DNA from: Balanoglossus misakiensis
Lineage: Eukaryota; Animalia; Hemichordata
NCBI GenBank assembly: GCA_040954595.2
Contig: CM082583.2
Coordinates: forward strand, 7,252,849-7,316,848
DNA length: 64,000 nt
Reading direction: 5' to 3'
Shown: in pieces, positions 39,501 through 52,243 of the stretch
Position numbering within the stretch: position 1 is the stretch's first letter
Layout of the letters: each line of letters begins with the position of its first letter
Made by a program: the position numbers and the translations under genes
The notes under the pieces: model-generated
The model's input: only the letters and a program-made list of their open reading frames with translations
The model's database searches: none
Told to the model about the DNA's origin: nothing

Positions 39501-42500
39501 TGTTCAATAAAACAGGGCTACCAGAAAACGTCTGGCTGATTAGGAAGAGATTTTGATCGACCTTTGCACTAGTTTTCCCTAGCACTACAAAACAGACCGG
39601 GCACTTGAAATTAAACAGTAGAAATGAACGTGACGTGGTATACACATACAATGATTTATTGCCTCCAGTCGCCCTGCTGGAAAATCTGCGTAAGTATTCC
39701 GGCTAGCCGACGGCAACGTCTCGATGATTCACCGAACTGACGGCCGAATTATACATAATTTCAACTTGAAGTGAACAAATATTAAACTTTGAAGGCACTC
39801 GAATATTTTCACCGGCCACGGATCGATATTGCAGACTGTATTATCCGCCGCCATGATTGATAGGTGCCATACAGTATTTATATGTCAAATCAGCGTGCAA
39901 TTCACAGGCGACTGAAAGTTTACAGATGCAACACGCCAAGGAGAGAGGTTTCAGTCACGCGCAGACGACCAACTTTCCCGCCGCCAGAATTTCCCCCGCT
40001 GGAATATGGATAAATAAAGTGTTATTTTTGTGTGATAACATAAGCTCGGTCACTAGTTTTAGGGAACTGGCGTACGATGGGGTGAAATTTTCGCAAAATT
40101 ATCGAAATGTAGGAAATTATATCTGGATATAATCTTCATTTTGTCAATAACGTAAGTGCTCGACCCGAGCACATAAAATTGGCCAATTTTAGAGGAATAT
40201 TATAATAGCATTTTCCACTCTCTTTCATCTTGAATTGAAAGCCAAAATAGGCGAATGACTTTTTGATGTATTTGAGTTTTATTTTTATCACTCGAATTGA
40301 TAAATATGTTGCGTTTGCTCATCCTTGGAGTAACCAGCATCTTCAAAATACTATTCTCACGGATTTGTCTTCAAAGTTCATAAATTCGTGTTTTAAATGG
40401 TATAATAACTTCAATAAGCACATAAAATTATTATTGTTGGAGAGTCTGCACATATCCATTACCACTGCATAAGAGTACAGAATTGGCACACGACCCGATT
40501 AATCTTTTAAAGAGTTTGACGTTTGTAGAAAATAAGCGTAAAGTGGTGATTCTATTTTGAATGTTGGACATGTAGGAACAGAGTCGCAGGTAACATTTTT
40601 ATCATGACACGGGCGGTCGCTTATGGGCGTACACTGGATCGCAGGCTGTCTCTGTCTGGTCCTGTGCGTTTGATTCTACTGTCGGTTCGCAGAGTAATAT
40701 ATTTGGGTCTGGAGACTAGTGGAAGGAAATCGTGGTTAAGTCTCTCTGATTGATCTGATCTCCTCATCTGTTCCCGATATCCCACAATTTATTTCTTCGC
40801 CGCACAGAAAACCCTCAAAAGCCGCAACTCGAGGCCCCGGCTCGAGAACCCTGTACGCGTTCAACTGGCAAGTCAGCCATAGTCAAGCCACTGGCAGGCT
40901 GCGCTCGCTGGCAGTTTCACACCGCCTCGTTTGGTCCTAAAAAAGTTGACTGCGTGATATTCCCGCAACTCGTTAAAGGAGGGAAAGAGAGAAAAGCTGT
41001 TTTCCAGGCAATGTCGAAACACAGCCATGTCTTAATTGTTAAGGATTTCCAAAGTTTCTGTTTCCATGAAGGGCTTAACCTCAAACCTGTATGCAATCCC
41101 ATGAAAAGGGAGCTTGTCTATCTGTTGTGTAGAAAAACCGTTTGTGAGCCAGTTGAGCGTCTTTTATTGGCCAATTATTTCCCCCCGTCAATGTGCTAGT
41201 TTCTTCATTGAATCTAAACTAAGCCTTTGTCTCGCGGATTCTATGTATTCACCGTTTTTCTTGCCTCTTTAACTCCGGCTTCTTTATCTCCGCCGCCCCA
41301 TTGTTCACACGTGTCCTGTGTTGTTGGGCTGTCTTCGCTGCCAATAGAATAGCAGCCCCTCAAACCAAGCCACGTCGTCTCCCACAGCCTCGATCGCGCC
41401 CGTCTCTTTTATGTTTAGCCACTCAGCCGAGGCCCGGTTTTGCTGTTTGGCTCGGCCTAGCTCATTTGTCCGCTTAATGAAGGGGCAACAGCCCTGAATC
41501 GCCGGGCCTCGTCGCTTAGGCTTCACATGGAAACACTGACAGCTCGGTCAGGTCGATTTCTACCCCTATTTCCCTGCCATTTAAGGTTTTGCTTCAGAGC
41601 ACCATAGAGAGACCTCGATGTCCATTTCCCCTCGGTAATAACACCCTAATTGCACCATTTTTCGCGACGTTTTTTAGCTCACTTCGCCAGCGTAAAAAGC
41701 GTGCTATGCCCATTTTCTAAACTAAACTACAACTCCACTAATGAGATGCCTGGCTGACGAAGTCATGCTCGCCGTGTAATCGGACCCCGGCACTGCAATA
41801 AATATCGCTGTAAACATCTTACTAGTTTGTTTGTATTGTTAACAACCTCATGCACCGTTGGTCTTCGCTAACTCAATTAACGATTGTTTCAAATAATGAA
41901 AATGCGCGAAATACTTTTTTTTCTATTTATTTGTTAAGTTCCTCATATATCACTCACAGAATCAATTAAAATACTGTTTGATGATGCCAACTCGGCTACT
42001 GTTACAAATTGGCAAGTTCGAAGTCGTCTTCATTTATTCTACTGTCTGTGATTCTGTATTCTTTTCACTACCTCATCGACTTTTTCACCGAGTTTGTTGT
42101 CAAATTTTACCTCGGTGTGACGTCACGGGAGCGATGTGGTTTTGAAGACCGTTTTGTTATTTGCCTGTACATTTTCGTACCTCGTTATCGAACCACAAAC
42201 GGACACTCAAATGTTTATGTAAGACAACACATTTAATAGAGGTAAACACACAAACAAACAAACAGCTTTTGACCCGAAACGGGGTGGGTGGGGTGGACCG
42301 ATCGTCGACAAACAATACTGGCATTCATGAACTGATGTAGGTACAGGTCACAAAAAGTTTACAAAATTCAGGAAAAAAATGGGATGGTGACATAAATAGA
42401 CGCCTTAATACCAACCAATGGGGGTTGGAACGTGTGCAGGCATGAAAAGCTGTTCTGACAGTGGACCGATTTACCGTTCTGTTCTGGATCAGTAATTCCC

Positions 42501-42962
42501 GTGGGAAAACGAAGATGTGTAGGGAGAAGTTCTTAACGTGGGCTTATTTTTCAACCGTGAAATAATATCGATAACATTTCGAGTTCAGTGTCAGCCCGGT
42601 GGAAACGATATTACCCAAAGGTGTAGTACAGCCAACATTTCAATAGCTGCCAATGTCGACTGTATGCGGGGTGTTGCCCGTCCATGCGCTGTTAAAATTA
42701 ACGTAATGTGTTATGCCGCTTTTAGAAGTCGCCGGTGTTAGTACACGCTAATTTGATGTGTGCAGACGTGTCCCACAAACTAAAAAGAGGAATCAATCTA
42801 TCTCTATGAAACAAAGCGTGTGACACCAAACTCGTTTGGAATGGGGTGTTTTTTGAGGGGGTGGGGTGGTAGCCTGACATACATTTTTATAACTCGTCAA
42901 AAGTCAATTTCTTCAAATATAGTTTTTTTATGTATTTAGGGCTGTAATTTTAAAATGGTTGG

Positions 42963-43675
42963 TGTTACGACTAGCCCGGAGACCAGGGCGTCGATTCTAG
43001 AAATCCAACGGCGTTGGATTTCTAGAATCGACTCCGTTGGATTTCTAGAATCGACGCCCTGGTCTCCGGGCTATGTTACGACCCGCAGGCCGTCCAAGCC
43101 AAAATGCGGATAATAGAGAGGCCAATTTACCTGGCCGGGTGGCTTGTTTTACACCCGAACCGGCCAACAGGCCGCAACAAAAGAAATTTAATTGCAGATA
43201 CGAGTAATATTCACACTATGTTAACTAATATAAAAAATAAACTACAAACTAAAACTCGAGCGTGACCAGGTGACCAAACAAAAATTCTTAACAAGCGTAC
43301 AAAAGACAGCCACGTATTACCTCAAATACGGTTCCACAGTCACACGGAGACGCGCTCCCTCAGGACGGCTCCCAAATTCCACGCGGCGTCCTCGGAAATA
43401 TCCACCATGGATTCACCAAGTCCCTTCGGCAGTTTCAATCTTCAGCTAACACAGTCGACAGGTAAACTCCGTACGGTGGGCTCCCAAAACTCCTCCAAGG
43501 CGAAGGCACAGCTACCAGACCAGAATCAAAATGAGTCACGCGACAACGTGGCACTGGGTGGCTTTTGCATGACCAAAAACTAACACCTGGTCACGCTAAT
43601 ATGTTAAATAAATAAAGAAATAAACATAGGTGCACCTGGCCACGAAAACAATAAGAAAACTTCTCCTACGTAACA
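42963..43675. mobile_element. Solo LTR (602 bp, intact copy at 43074-43675), probably Gypsy-like, with a MITE inserted at its left end
   Basis: Termini are TGTTACG...CGTAACA (7-bp inverted, TG..CA). A 4-bp TSD TTGG lies at 42959-42962 and 43676-43679. A second partial copy is at 61302-61670. Confidence 0.88.
42972..43073. mobile_element. 102-bp hairpin MITE with perfect 40-bp terminal inverted repeats (TAGCCCGGAGACCAG...CTGGTCTCCGGGCTA) and a 9-bp TSD TGTTACGAC
   Basis: Arms 42972-43011 and 43034-43073 are exact reverse complements. The TSD copies are at 42963-42971 and 43074-43082. Confidence 0.93.
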
Positions 43676-46600
43676 TTGGATAAAAATGTCTGCTGAGAAG
43701 CATTTGTTCATAACACGTGTAAGATAGATTCCCAATATGGCGATATACTATTAGGTTTATTCAGTGAGAAAATGTTACATCATTTTTTATTCTCAATTAT
43801 TTCTGCGAGGTTCCTTGGTCCATATTTTTCTTTTAAAAAAATGTTTTAACGTGTGACGTAGCTTGCATGGTGGACATGTCAACGAGACATATTTTAGGGC
43901 CTACTGTGCTTGCAAGCTTTTTTCACCTCAGACTATTCCCAACCAGGAACTGATCGAATTTTCTTTTCTATATTCAGACTCGAGTTAACGTGAAACCCAT
44001 TTTATTCTGGAGTTCATTTGAACCGTAAACACTCACTGTCACTTGTCGTGTTAACCAATCGATACGTGTAATGATATTTGTACAGAAACGCCTCAATTTG
44101 GGGTTTTCCCATCGTAAACACATTTTCAATTTGTTCGGTGATAGCGAAGACAAATTATCTGTTTTACAAGTCTCTTGGTAACATCGTCAAGTAATCGTCA
44201 GTGTTTAGGCAGACAGGTATGCAGATGAGTAGGTGAGTTTGGATGGGTCGGTTGTGTAGATGGTATACACGATTTCTGTTCACCGGCAATATTTGTTTCC
44301 AAGGAAACGAAGCCAATGACCTTAAAGTCGAGTTTGGAATAATGATTTTCGTCCGTAGAAAAATAACACTTTGTTTTGACTGGGTTGACACAATACATAC
44401 TTGCACACAGAACGTCAGTGAAATATAATATCTCTTTACAAGGCGATGTCCACTGCAACCACTTAAAAACTATTACTTTTATATATATTTATTATACATT
44501 CAAAATCTGAAATTCATACTTTGGATTTAAAGCCATTATTTAAACAACACTCTAACATAATCTCTTATGCCTTACCGATAACTGAACAAAAACAAAGGAT
44601 TTCTATTAGAAGTTGCTTTTGATCATATCACGAGATCTCAATAAAGGAATCTTCTAACGTTTATCGTATCGACTCTACAATAATCTTAATGTCGTTTGAA
44701 GACGAAATCAACCGCTATAAAATCCCAATATTGTATAGGGAAAAAGGCAGATATCTCTTGTAATCCCCAATGACGAAGTCACGCAAGGGATTATGGGGAG
44801 ACTGATCACATATCCAAAAACTTGTGTGTATAGTTTAAATAGTCAATTTACGCTTCGCAGAACAGACAAAAATTATCGCAAGAAACCAAAGTTGCCAAAT
44901 TAAACGTCAACAGACGTTGAAGCGGCTCAGCGAAGTTTTTTTTTCAAATGGGTCAAATTTTAGGTGTTTTTGGTATACGTAGATCTGGTACGCTCATCGT
45001 CAACCGGGCCCGTCTCGTGCATCACCGTCTGGATTTGATCACTTTCTCTAATTACCAACAGATGTATAACTGGTTCCTGTTGCCGTTTGTCAGATGCCTC
45101 GCATCAATGTGCGTTGAAGAGAATACGCCGTCATCTACCAAAATTACTTTAAATGGACAAAACCATAATAATTTCACATCATTTTCTAGGTTTTTCTCCG
45201 TATGGACATGTGCTTGTGGATTGTTAACGCTCCATTTCCCTCACATAGTACAGTAAATATCAGAAAGTTTCAGGGCTCCGATCCGACAGGAGGAGTAACC
45301 TCTCATGTGGAAGTGAAAAATAAACAGCATTAATGTAAAAAATCAAATTGACTTAAATAATGACCAAATAATCTAAAAAAAATAATATATCCAAACTTTT
45401 ATCAGTTTCGTATCAACTGTCAATCACGCCAAAGTGATGCGGGAGATGCTATACTATGTTCGCTCAGTGATCACATTTCACAGGAGTAAAGGTGCTAGTT
45501 GGGTTGGCGGATTTAATTTAATTTTAGCATTACACTCGCATGGGTAAATGCACCTGAAATAGCAATCACGCATGCGTCAGAGTAGATCAATGACACATCA
45601 CTGGGTTTCTCAGCAAATCGCTAACGCGTTTTTCAATCGCATTTTTTTTCTCCCGATGCTTAAAAGGTGAAATCAGCAGAGTTGAACGCCTTTCTCTCTG
45701 CGGTTAACTTGGCAGTGAAACAAATCCAGAGTTTAAAAAACAAGTTTACCTCATGCCTCGCGATTGTCTGACCTTTACTCTTTTCGAGTAACGCTCGTGC
45801 TGCGAAGACGGTGTTACCTTCCGTGTCTAATAATTGAAAATAAACTGTTCTCGCCCTGAATAGTCGCAAATATCATACCAACCTCCGGGCGAAGTTCGAT
45901 TCCGTCGCGGTGCCGGAGTACACAACTCTCTCGACGAATACCTTTCCATACACTCACGCATTCAGACCGACTCTTGGCCGAGATGCCCCATTGATTGTAT
46001 GTTTGTGTTGCAAAGAACTGAAAGCACTCACATACACCCTAACAAAACTGAGATTCCTGCTAGTTGACATATATCGGCGGACACAGCTTCAGGGATGTCT
46101 GAAACCGCAACCTCCATCCACAACATCAGCTCAACCCCCCCCCCCCCGGAGCGGGGGGGTGGGGGGGTCAACAATTAATTTTGATGCAGAATCACCAAAA
46201 TTTATATATTTATTCATAATCCATTACTTTGTTAATATTGATGTATGAATTCAAGAATACGGACTTGAAGTGAGTTTTCGACAAAAGAAATGCTGATTAC
46301 ACTATGGGTTGTGTTAATTAGCTAAATAATTGGCATTTCAACGTGTCTTACTGATTAGAACAAAACAGCAGCAGTTAACTTTGGAAGGTAAGTGGAGTAT
46401 ATGGACACGATAAAAAGTTACAGCTTATGGAGCTTCTGTGAGATGTGATCTGCTGCACTAAAGATTGTTGCATGTTCAGTCATAGACGCGCAGAAATTCT
46501 TCGGTAGTAATGCCACCATGCACCTCAATTTTTTTATTGTAATCGATCCATTTCCGCTCTGTAGTTAAGAGATACCGCGAGTTCCATAAATAGAAATATT

Positions 46601-49600
46601 GGAAGTGTAATAGTCGAAATGTGTCATCATCACGTGATAAAGTGTATTTAAAAGGAATACTAGTGTTACCTGCAAAGGAAAGGAATCACGTGTGGGTGTA
46701 GTTTATTTGCAGATAATTTAATAAATGTATTTTTGCATCTCAATACACCTGAAAATAGCTGCGTGCATTACTCTTTTTATCAACAAAATTTGAGATGTCA
46801 CAATAAACACACATTTATGGGTGACATTTAACATATTCTGGTGTCATTTAAAATAATGTATTATTTAGGTCCAGTGATAAACGTTTAGAAAAATCCAACG
46901 GAAATATTACGTAACAGGAATTGATGAATGTCATACCTTGAAATACACTTCCAATATTATAATGCCAGCATCACGGTAATTAAAGATGAAAATACTAGTA
47001 CGTCTTTTTTCATATAGCGTCAACGTGGACTTTAAAATCAGCGCATTTTTGAAAACCATCGGCTAATTTGATCGGATTTCAGAAGCGGAAGGGCAGTAGG
47101 CTCCACCGTGGAATTTCTGGACGGAATGTGAATAATTCAAACAGAGTCAACCCGGATTGGCCACGTCTTGTAAAAGGAGACGAGGATCTTTGGAGTGTGG
47201 TTGTGTTCATTTCGCCAAATGAAATAAACAACCCCGAAAGAAGACCCAACTAACCGTCAGGGTTGTCTAAATAAAATGATATTTCGGTAAATATGGTGAT
47301 TCATTTCACTGAGTGTTGTTCCACGAGTTGAATACTAGCGCGACTTCCATTGTCGTCTGTTTCACTTTCTTTTTTTTTCTGAAATCGAAATATCAAAGTG
47401 TAATGAACGGAATATCTACTCGGTCGATATTTCAGTCGAAATCGTTACATATTTATACTAACAATCGTTCATTTTTTCTAGGTCAGTCCAACATCGGGAA
47501 AAAATGATGCAAAAGAAGCAATTGCGCGTTCTTCCTGATTTGGAATAACTTGCGTGACATTGAGATACTTGTGTTTGTAATCCCCGCAAGCGACAATGAA
47601 AAGTTTTAAATATTGCGGCATCCCAGTTTGGTAGATGCTCTTGCCAATTGCAGCAGTGGCGGGTGATGTTTTTTCATTCATGTGGCGTTTGTTCGGGTAG
47701 ATTTAAGTCGGTTTGTGGTGAAACACGGTCACGTTTCCCGTCATTGTGATATGCTGCTTAATACACTACTACAGACTATCTGTGCATTTTGAAAGGGGGG
47801 GGGGGGGGTCTGTTCTATTTCCATGACAACTACTGACTTATTATTCTGTAATCCTCGACAAATGTGCTCTGGCTTTAGTGTCTACTTTGAGGTTTTAGCG
47901 TTAATTTTTCCCCTTTGCTGTCTGTCTCCACTGCGCAAAGCAACAGAAATAATGGCGCGCTCCCAGTAGACTTTTCCCGGAGAAAACACAGAGCTGACTC
48001 GTTTAATGGATTTACTGCAAAAGAAATCCAGCTTTTGATTTTAGAATAAAGACTACAGATCTAGCTGTTTGCCTCATCTTTGTGTTGATTTTTTTACGCT
48101 ACAATTTAAAAAAAAAACTGGATGGCAGATTGAGATTAGGTTCCCTACCCACAAGCATGTTGAGTACCGGGCTTTTTAGCAAATTCCCCCGTCGCTCTGA
48201 AATCTATTCTCGGCTGGTTGCGTTTTCTTGACACCAGCATATCCACGCGGTATTTGGGGAGAGTCCTTTCTTTTCAACAGACACGCATTAATAACTATAT
48301 TGCATTAGCTGACTGCGGAGAGCGAGGGGGAGAGGCAAAAGAATCCCAAATTAAATTAGCCCAGTTGTGATTTTAGCATTGAAAAGCGCCAAAAGAATAG
48401 AGACAAAAGACTTGCTTGTCAGCGAGTGGAATAGTGTAAAACGCGAAACTAATGCAATTGAGAGCTTGAAATATTGATCTCTTAGATATTCATATTGAAC
48501 ACGGATTGGGATCGTGGGTAGCATTCGATTCATTATGTTCTCCGTTTTTACGCTGGATTTCCCTATTTTGTTCGGTAGTGTGGTCGATTTTCTTTCCAGG
48601 GGCCTCCAGAGACGCCACGACAAAATGCGTTTCCATGCAAACAGACCAGCCGCAAATTTTCTGAAGGTGTCTTTCTTCGCACTTGCCCGTTTAAATAAAT
48701 CGCGCGAGCGCAGTCTGGGAATTTTGCTTCTAGTGTGTTCGAATGTGTTTTGTTCCTTCTTTTATGTTGAGCTGCCGGATTCGATTTGAGAAATCGGCAG
48801 TTGAACGACTCTTTTTGCTTCTTGGATCCTGGGTCGGGCAAATTGAATTAGAACGGTTATGCACGGCTATTCGACTCTTGAAAGCCGGCCGCCTTCTTCT
48901 CTTTTGGGGGAGAAAATTAACGAATTGTTGCAAGAAGACACTAGGGAAAAGCTGTCTTAACGAAGAAAAGTGAGTTTCTTGCATGGGAGGGGTACAAAGT
49001 GAGAGGTGTGACCTTCCACGGTGCGAAACATTTTTTTGATAGAGAGCTCCCGGAGACAGGCGGTGATGAAAAAGAAGTCACAAGTGAACTTGGTTAAAAT
49101 AACACACTGACTGTCTTATCGTGTGTAGCACGGTGAAAACTCCGTAAGAATCAACTGAGTGACACTCAGATCCCACCTTTCTCGTTAAATGTAAGCAAAT
49201 CTATGCCTTTTGACTGTGTCTTTATTGTGTGTACAATCCGGATTCGCGCAGAGAACCCTTTATCCAAAGGCTCAACATTGTTCCCTGTCGAGTTCGGCTC
49301 CACGAGACCTGTGATGCGGCCCAAATATTAGCCCTAAAACAATCCACTTTGTTTTCCCGCGTGTTGACAGTTTGTCAGTGGAGGACAATGCCTCGTCGAT
49401 ACTTCGACGTGGATGACAAATATGATTCCAGCGGCTTATCCAGTCAGAGGGAGCTTGTGGGAAAATCGCCAAGTGGCGTAGATATCTAAACATTTATGTA
49501 ACGTGACGATCAGTAGCTGCCGTAGATTTTAAATCGGGTCTTCCATTATCCATCAGTAGACGCGCAGATTCGCGTATCAGTCTCCCAATCTCTGCCCTCT

Positions 49601-52213
49601 TCTAAAATTCTAAAACCAGAAGCTGAACGGAGATTCTCCTGACGTCATCCGAGATATTTTTTTTTATAAAATTAATTTATGTCACAATTTTGCTTTGAAG
49701 ACGTTCTTTTCCCAACACAAAGGTCCACGCGTGTATTATTCACGGTGAGAAAAATAGAACCTGCCTGAGGTGAAGCATCGCTATGCCATCTACAATTTGC
49801 ATTCAACGTATACGCACACAGAGAGTGTTTTCAGTTTGAAGCCCAAGGTTATTTGCAGGGAAAAGCGAGAGAACACAAAGCCGAGCTTGAGCTTTGGAAC
49901 TTTATTTTCAGAGGAAAGGAAGAGCGATTTTTTCTCTGAATGCACACTAAACAATGCTGTTTCTCCGCAGCAGGTTGTTCAAATGAACCGTTCGTGCAAG
50001 TGACGATCTCTTCCATTCTCTCCCACCGTGGCTTTTTCTGAACGCTAATTTTCAATGCCTTTTTTTTCCTGTTGCTTTTCGGCGCCATTCTACTGCATGG
50101 TTTGCTTCTATTTTTTTGTGCGTTTCTATATATACCGCGAACAAAGAGTTCTCGTCTGTCTTCACAAAGCCCGACTCAGCATTGATGTTTAGCTGTTGGC
50201 GTGTGCTCGATGAAACGCGCAACGTATTTCCGCCACCGTAAATGTTGTGTTTGCAAAAGGGCTTTCTCTTCAGCCTTTCGTCAGTTTGTCGTTTCCAGGA
50301 ACACCTAGCACGAGGGAAAATATTCCTTTCCCAGCGACCGTTTAATCAATATGGTAGTTAGTATTTGATTTCTCACGGTGAATTTTAGATTTTTTGTTTG
50401 TTTACAGTCAAGAACTGTATTGACAAATTTACAAAGCCGCCGATGTTACGCAGGCCAATTCAAGTTCACCGATACACGCGGCGTGGTCTTGAACGAGACT
50501 ATTTGGATGGCGACCGTTTGTATAACCAAGATTATTAAAAATCGTCCCGAGTTATAATGTTCCCATTAAATAAATCTCTCCTCTTCAGTTTGAGTCTAAG
50601 CGGTCAAACGTGAAGATTTTATTGACGTAGCCAGCAATATGAACGACTTTAAAGTGGGCCTATATTCGATGCAGTGAAAGTAAGCTTCTTTAGTATAAGT
50701 AGAAATCGGCTGCTGCCATTTCCCGCCTAATTGAAAAAAAGCACACATCTAAAAGACCACCGTCAAAAGCTTGGAATTGTATGAAATTCACGGGAAACTT
50801 TTGACGATGACAAGAAACCCTTTCCTGTCTGTCATGGTCTGTGGGTTCGAGTTGGACGTTTCTTTTTAAAAAAATCAATTTTTGCAATATCTGTGACATT
50901 TATCTCGTATTACACGGAGTCATATCAATAAATGACGTCTTGACGTTTTTATCATACTGTCAAAATCAGACTCTGCGGCGTGTCACACACCACACTCTTC
51001 TAACATTCTTGTTTTCATTACATGATCGCCGGCGTAATTGTTCTGAAACTGCCTGTCTACTGACGTCTCCCCTGTCGGTTTTTTCTTTTTAAGGGTGACG
51101 GACGCGCCGAGATTGCAAAGAGCCGCGACGCCCGCGCGCCACTGCAGTAAAGACAAAAAAACTATTTCCACGGCGCTTTAGAAACAGCATTATCGATCGT
51201 GCATGCCACCTTTCCGTCGCAGACTACATATTCCTCTATGAATTTCTCCTCAATTTTCATATTATCGGGCGAAATCAAAATATTCATGAGAAAATACCGC
51301 GGCGATGAACGTTCTCCCCAAATTTATTTCCCACGTCCGGTTCCTCTGGGAGAAAAAAACTCGCCACATGCTTTAACGATCGGTTTTTTACCGTTTCGAT
51401 AAAACATCCCAGATGCTATCCTGTCTCTAGGTTTCCCTATGACACCAGTGTTTTGTGTCCGCCATGTGCTAGTATAAAAGTGCTCCCTTAAGTTTTCCAA
51501 TGCCTATCTGCGTGTATATTCATCCGCTATTCCCAACGACTGGTTGTCGCCTGGTCGATCGATCGATACCCGGCAGTACTGCGCGTGACGCGGACCACAG
51601 TCACAGAGTTTTCTATAATTTCTTGTATTTTTTAGCTATCGCGCAGTTGATATCGCTATATTTAATTTACGTAGCTTTGTTATCGGCTAGGAAACCAAGG
51701 AATATTGTAATCTTTCCCTTGGCCATGATAAAAACAAGATAGGGCCAATTTCAGTGTGCGTCCCGACCTCTTTTTTCTATATATATACCGATGCAACGTT
51801 GGAAAAACGAACTGTCGGGTTTCCATCAAGGGAAACATATCAATAGGTCTCCAGTTGTAATTTTACTGTCAACCCCGCAGGCTCAAAGCCAGATCTTCTT
51901 TCATAGAATCGTTCAAATTTGACGGGTAAAGTAATTGCGACAAAAATAACATGAAAACGACTAAACAGTTTCGTGTCAAATTATTTTTTTCGTGTCGGGG
52001 AGGACACTGAAATTAGGGACCGTGAGGGCTGTCGCGGCGTGTCATTTCAGTACCTACTGCAGTAGTGTCACCCGTTGTTTTCGCTTACTTGAGCAAAAGA
52101 ACACATTTTCCCATTTTCTTTTTATTTGGTTACCTCCATGTAATGAAACATGGTGAAAAGTGCGTAATAAGTCTTATAAACATAATACAATGATGCACTC
52201 GAGAAAAAATAGA

Positions 52214-52243
52214 CATCATCATCATCATCATCACCAACACCAC
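52214..52243. repeat. Short (CAT)n microsatellite
   Basis: Directly visible. It explains the poly-His ORF at 52160. Confidence 0.85.
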
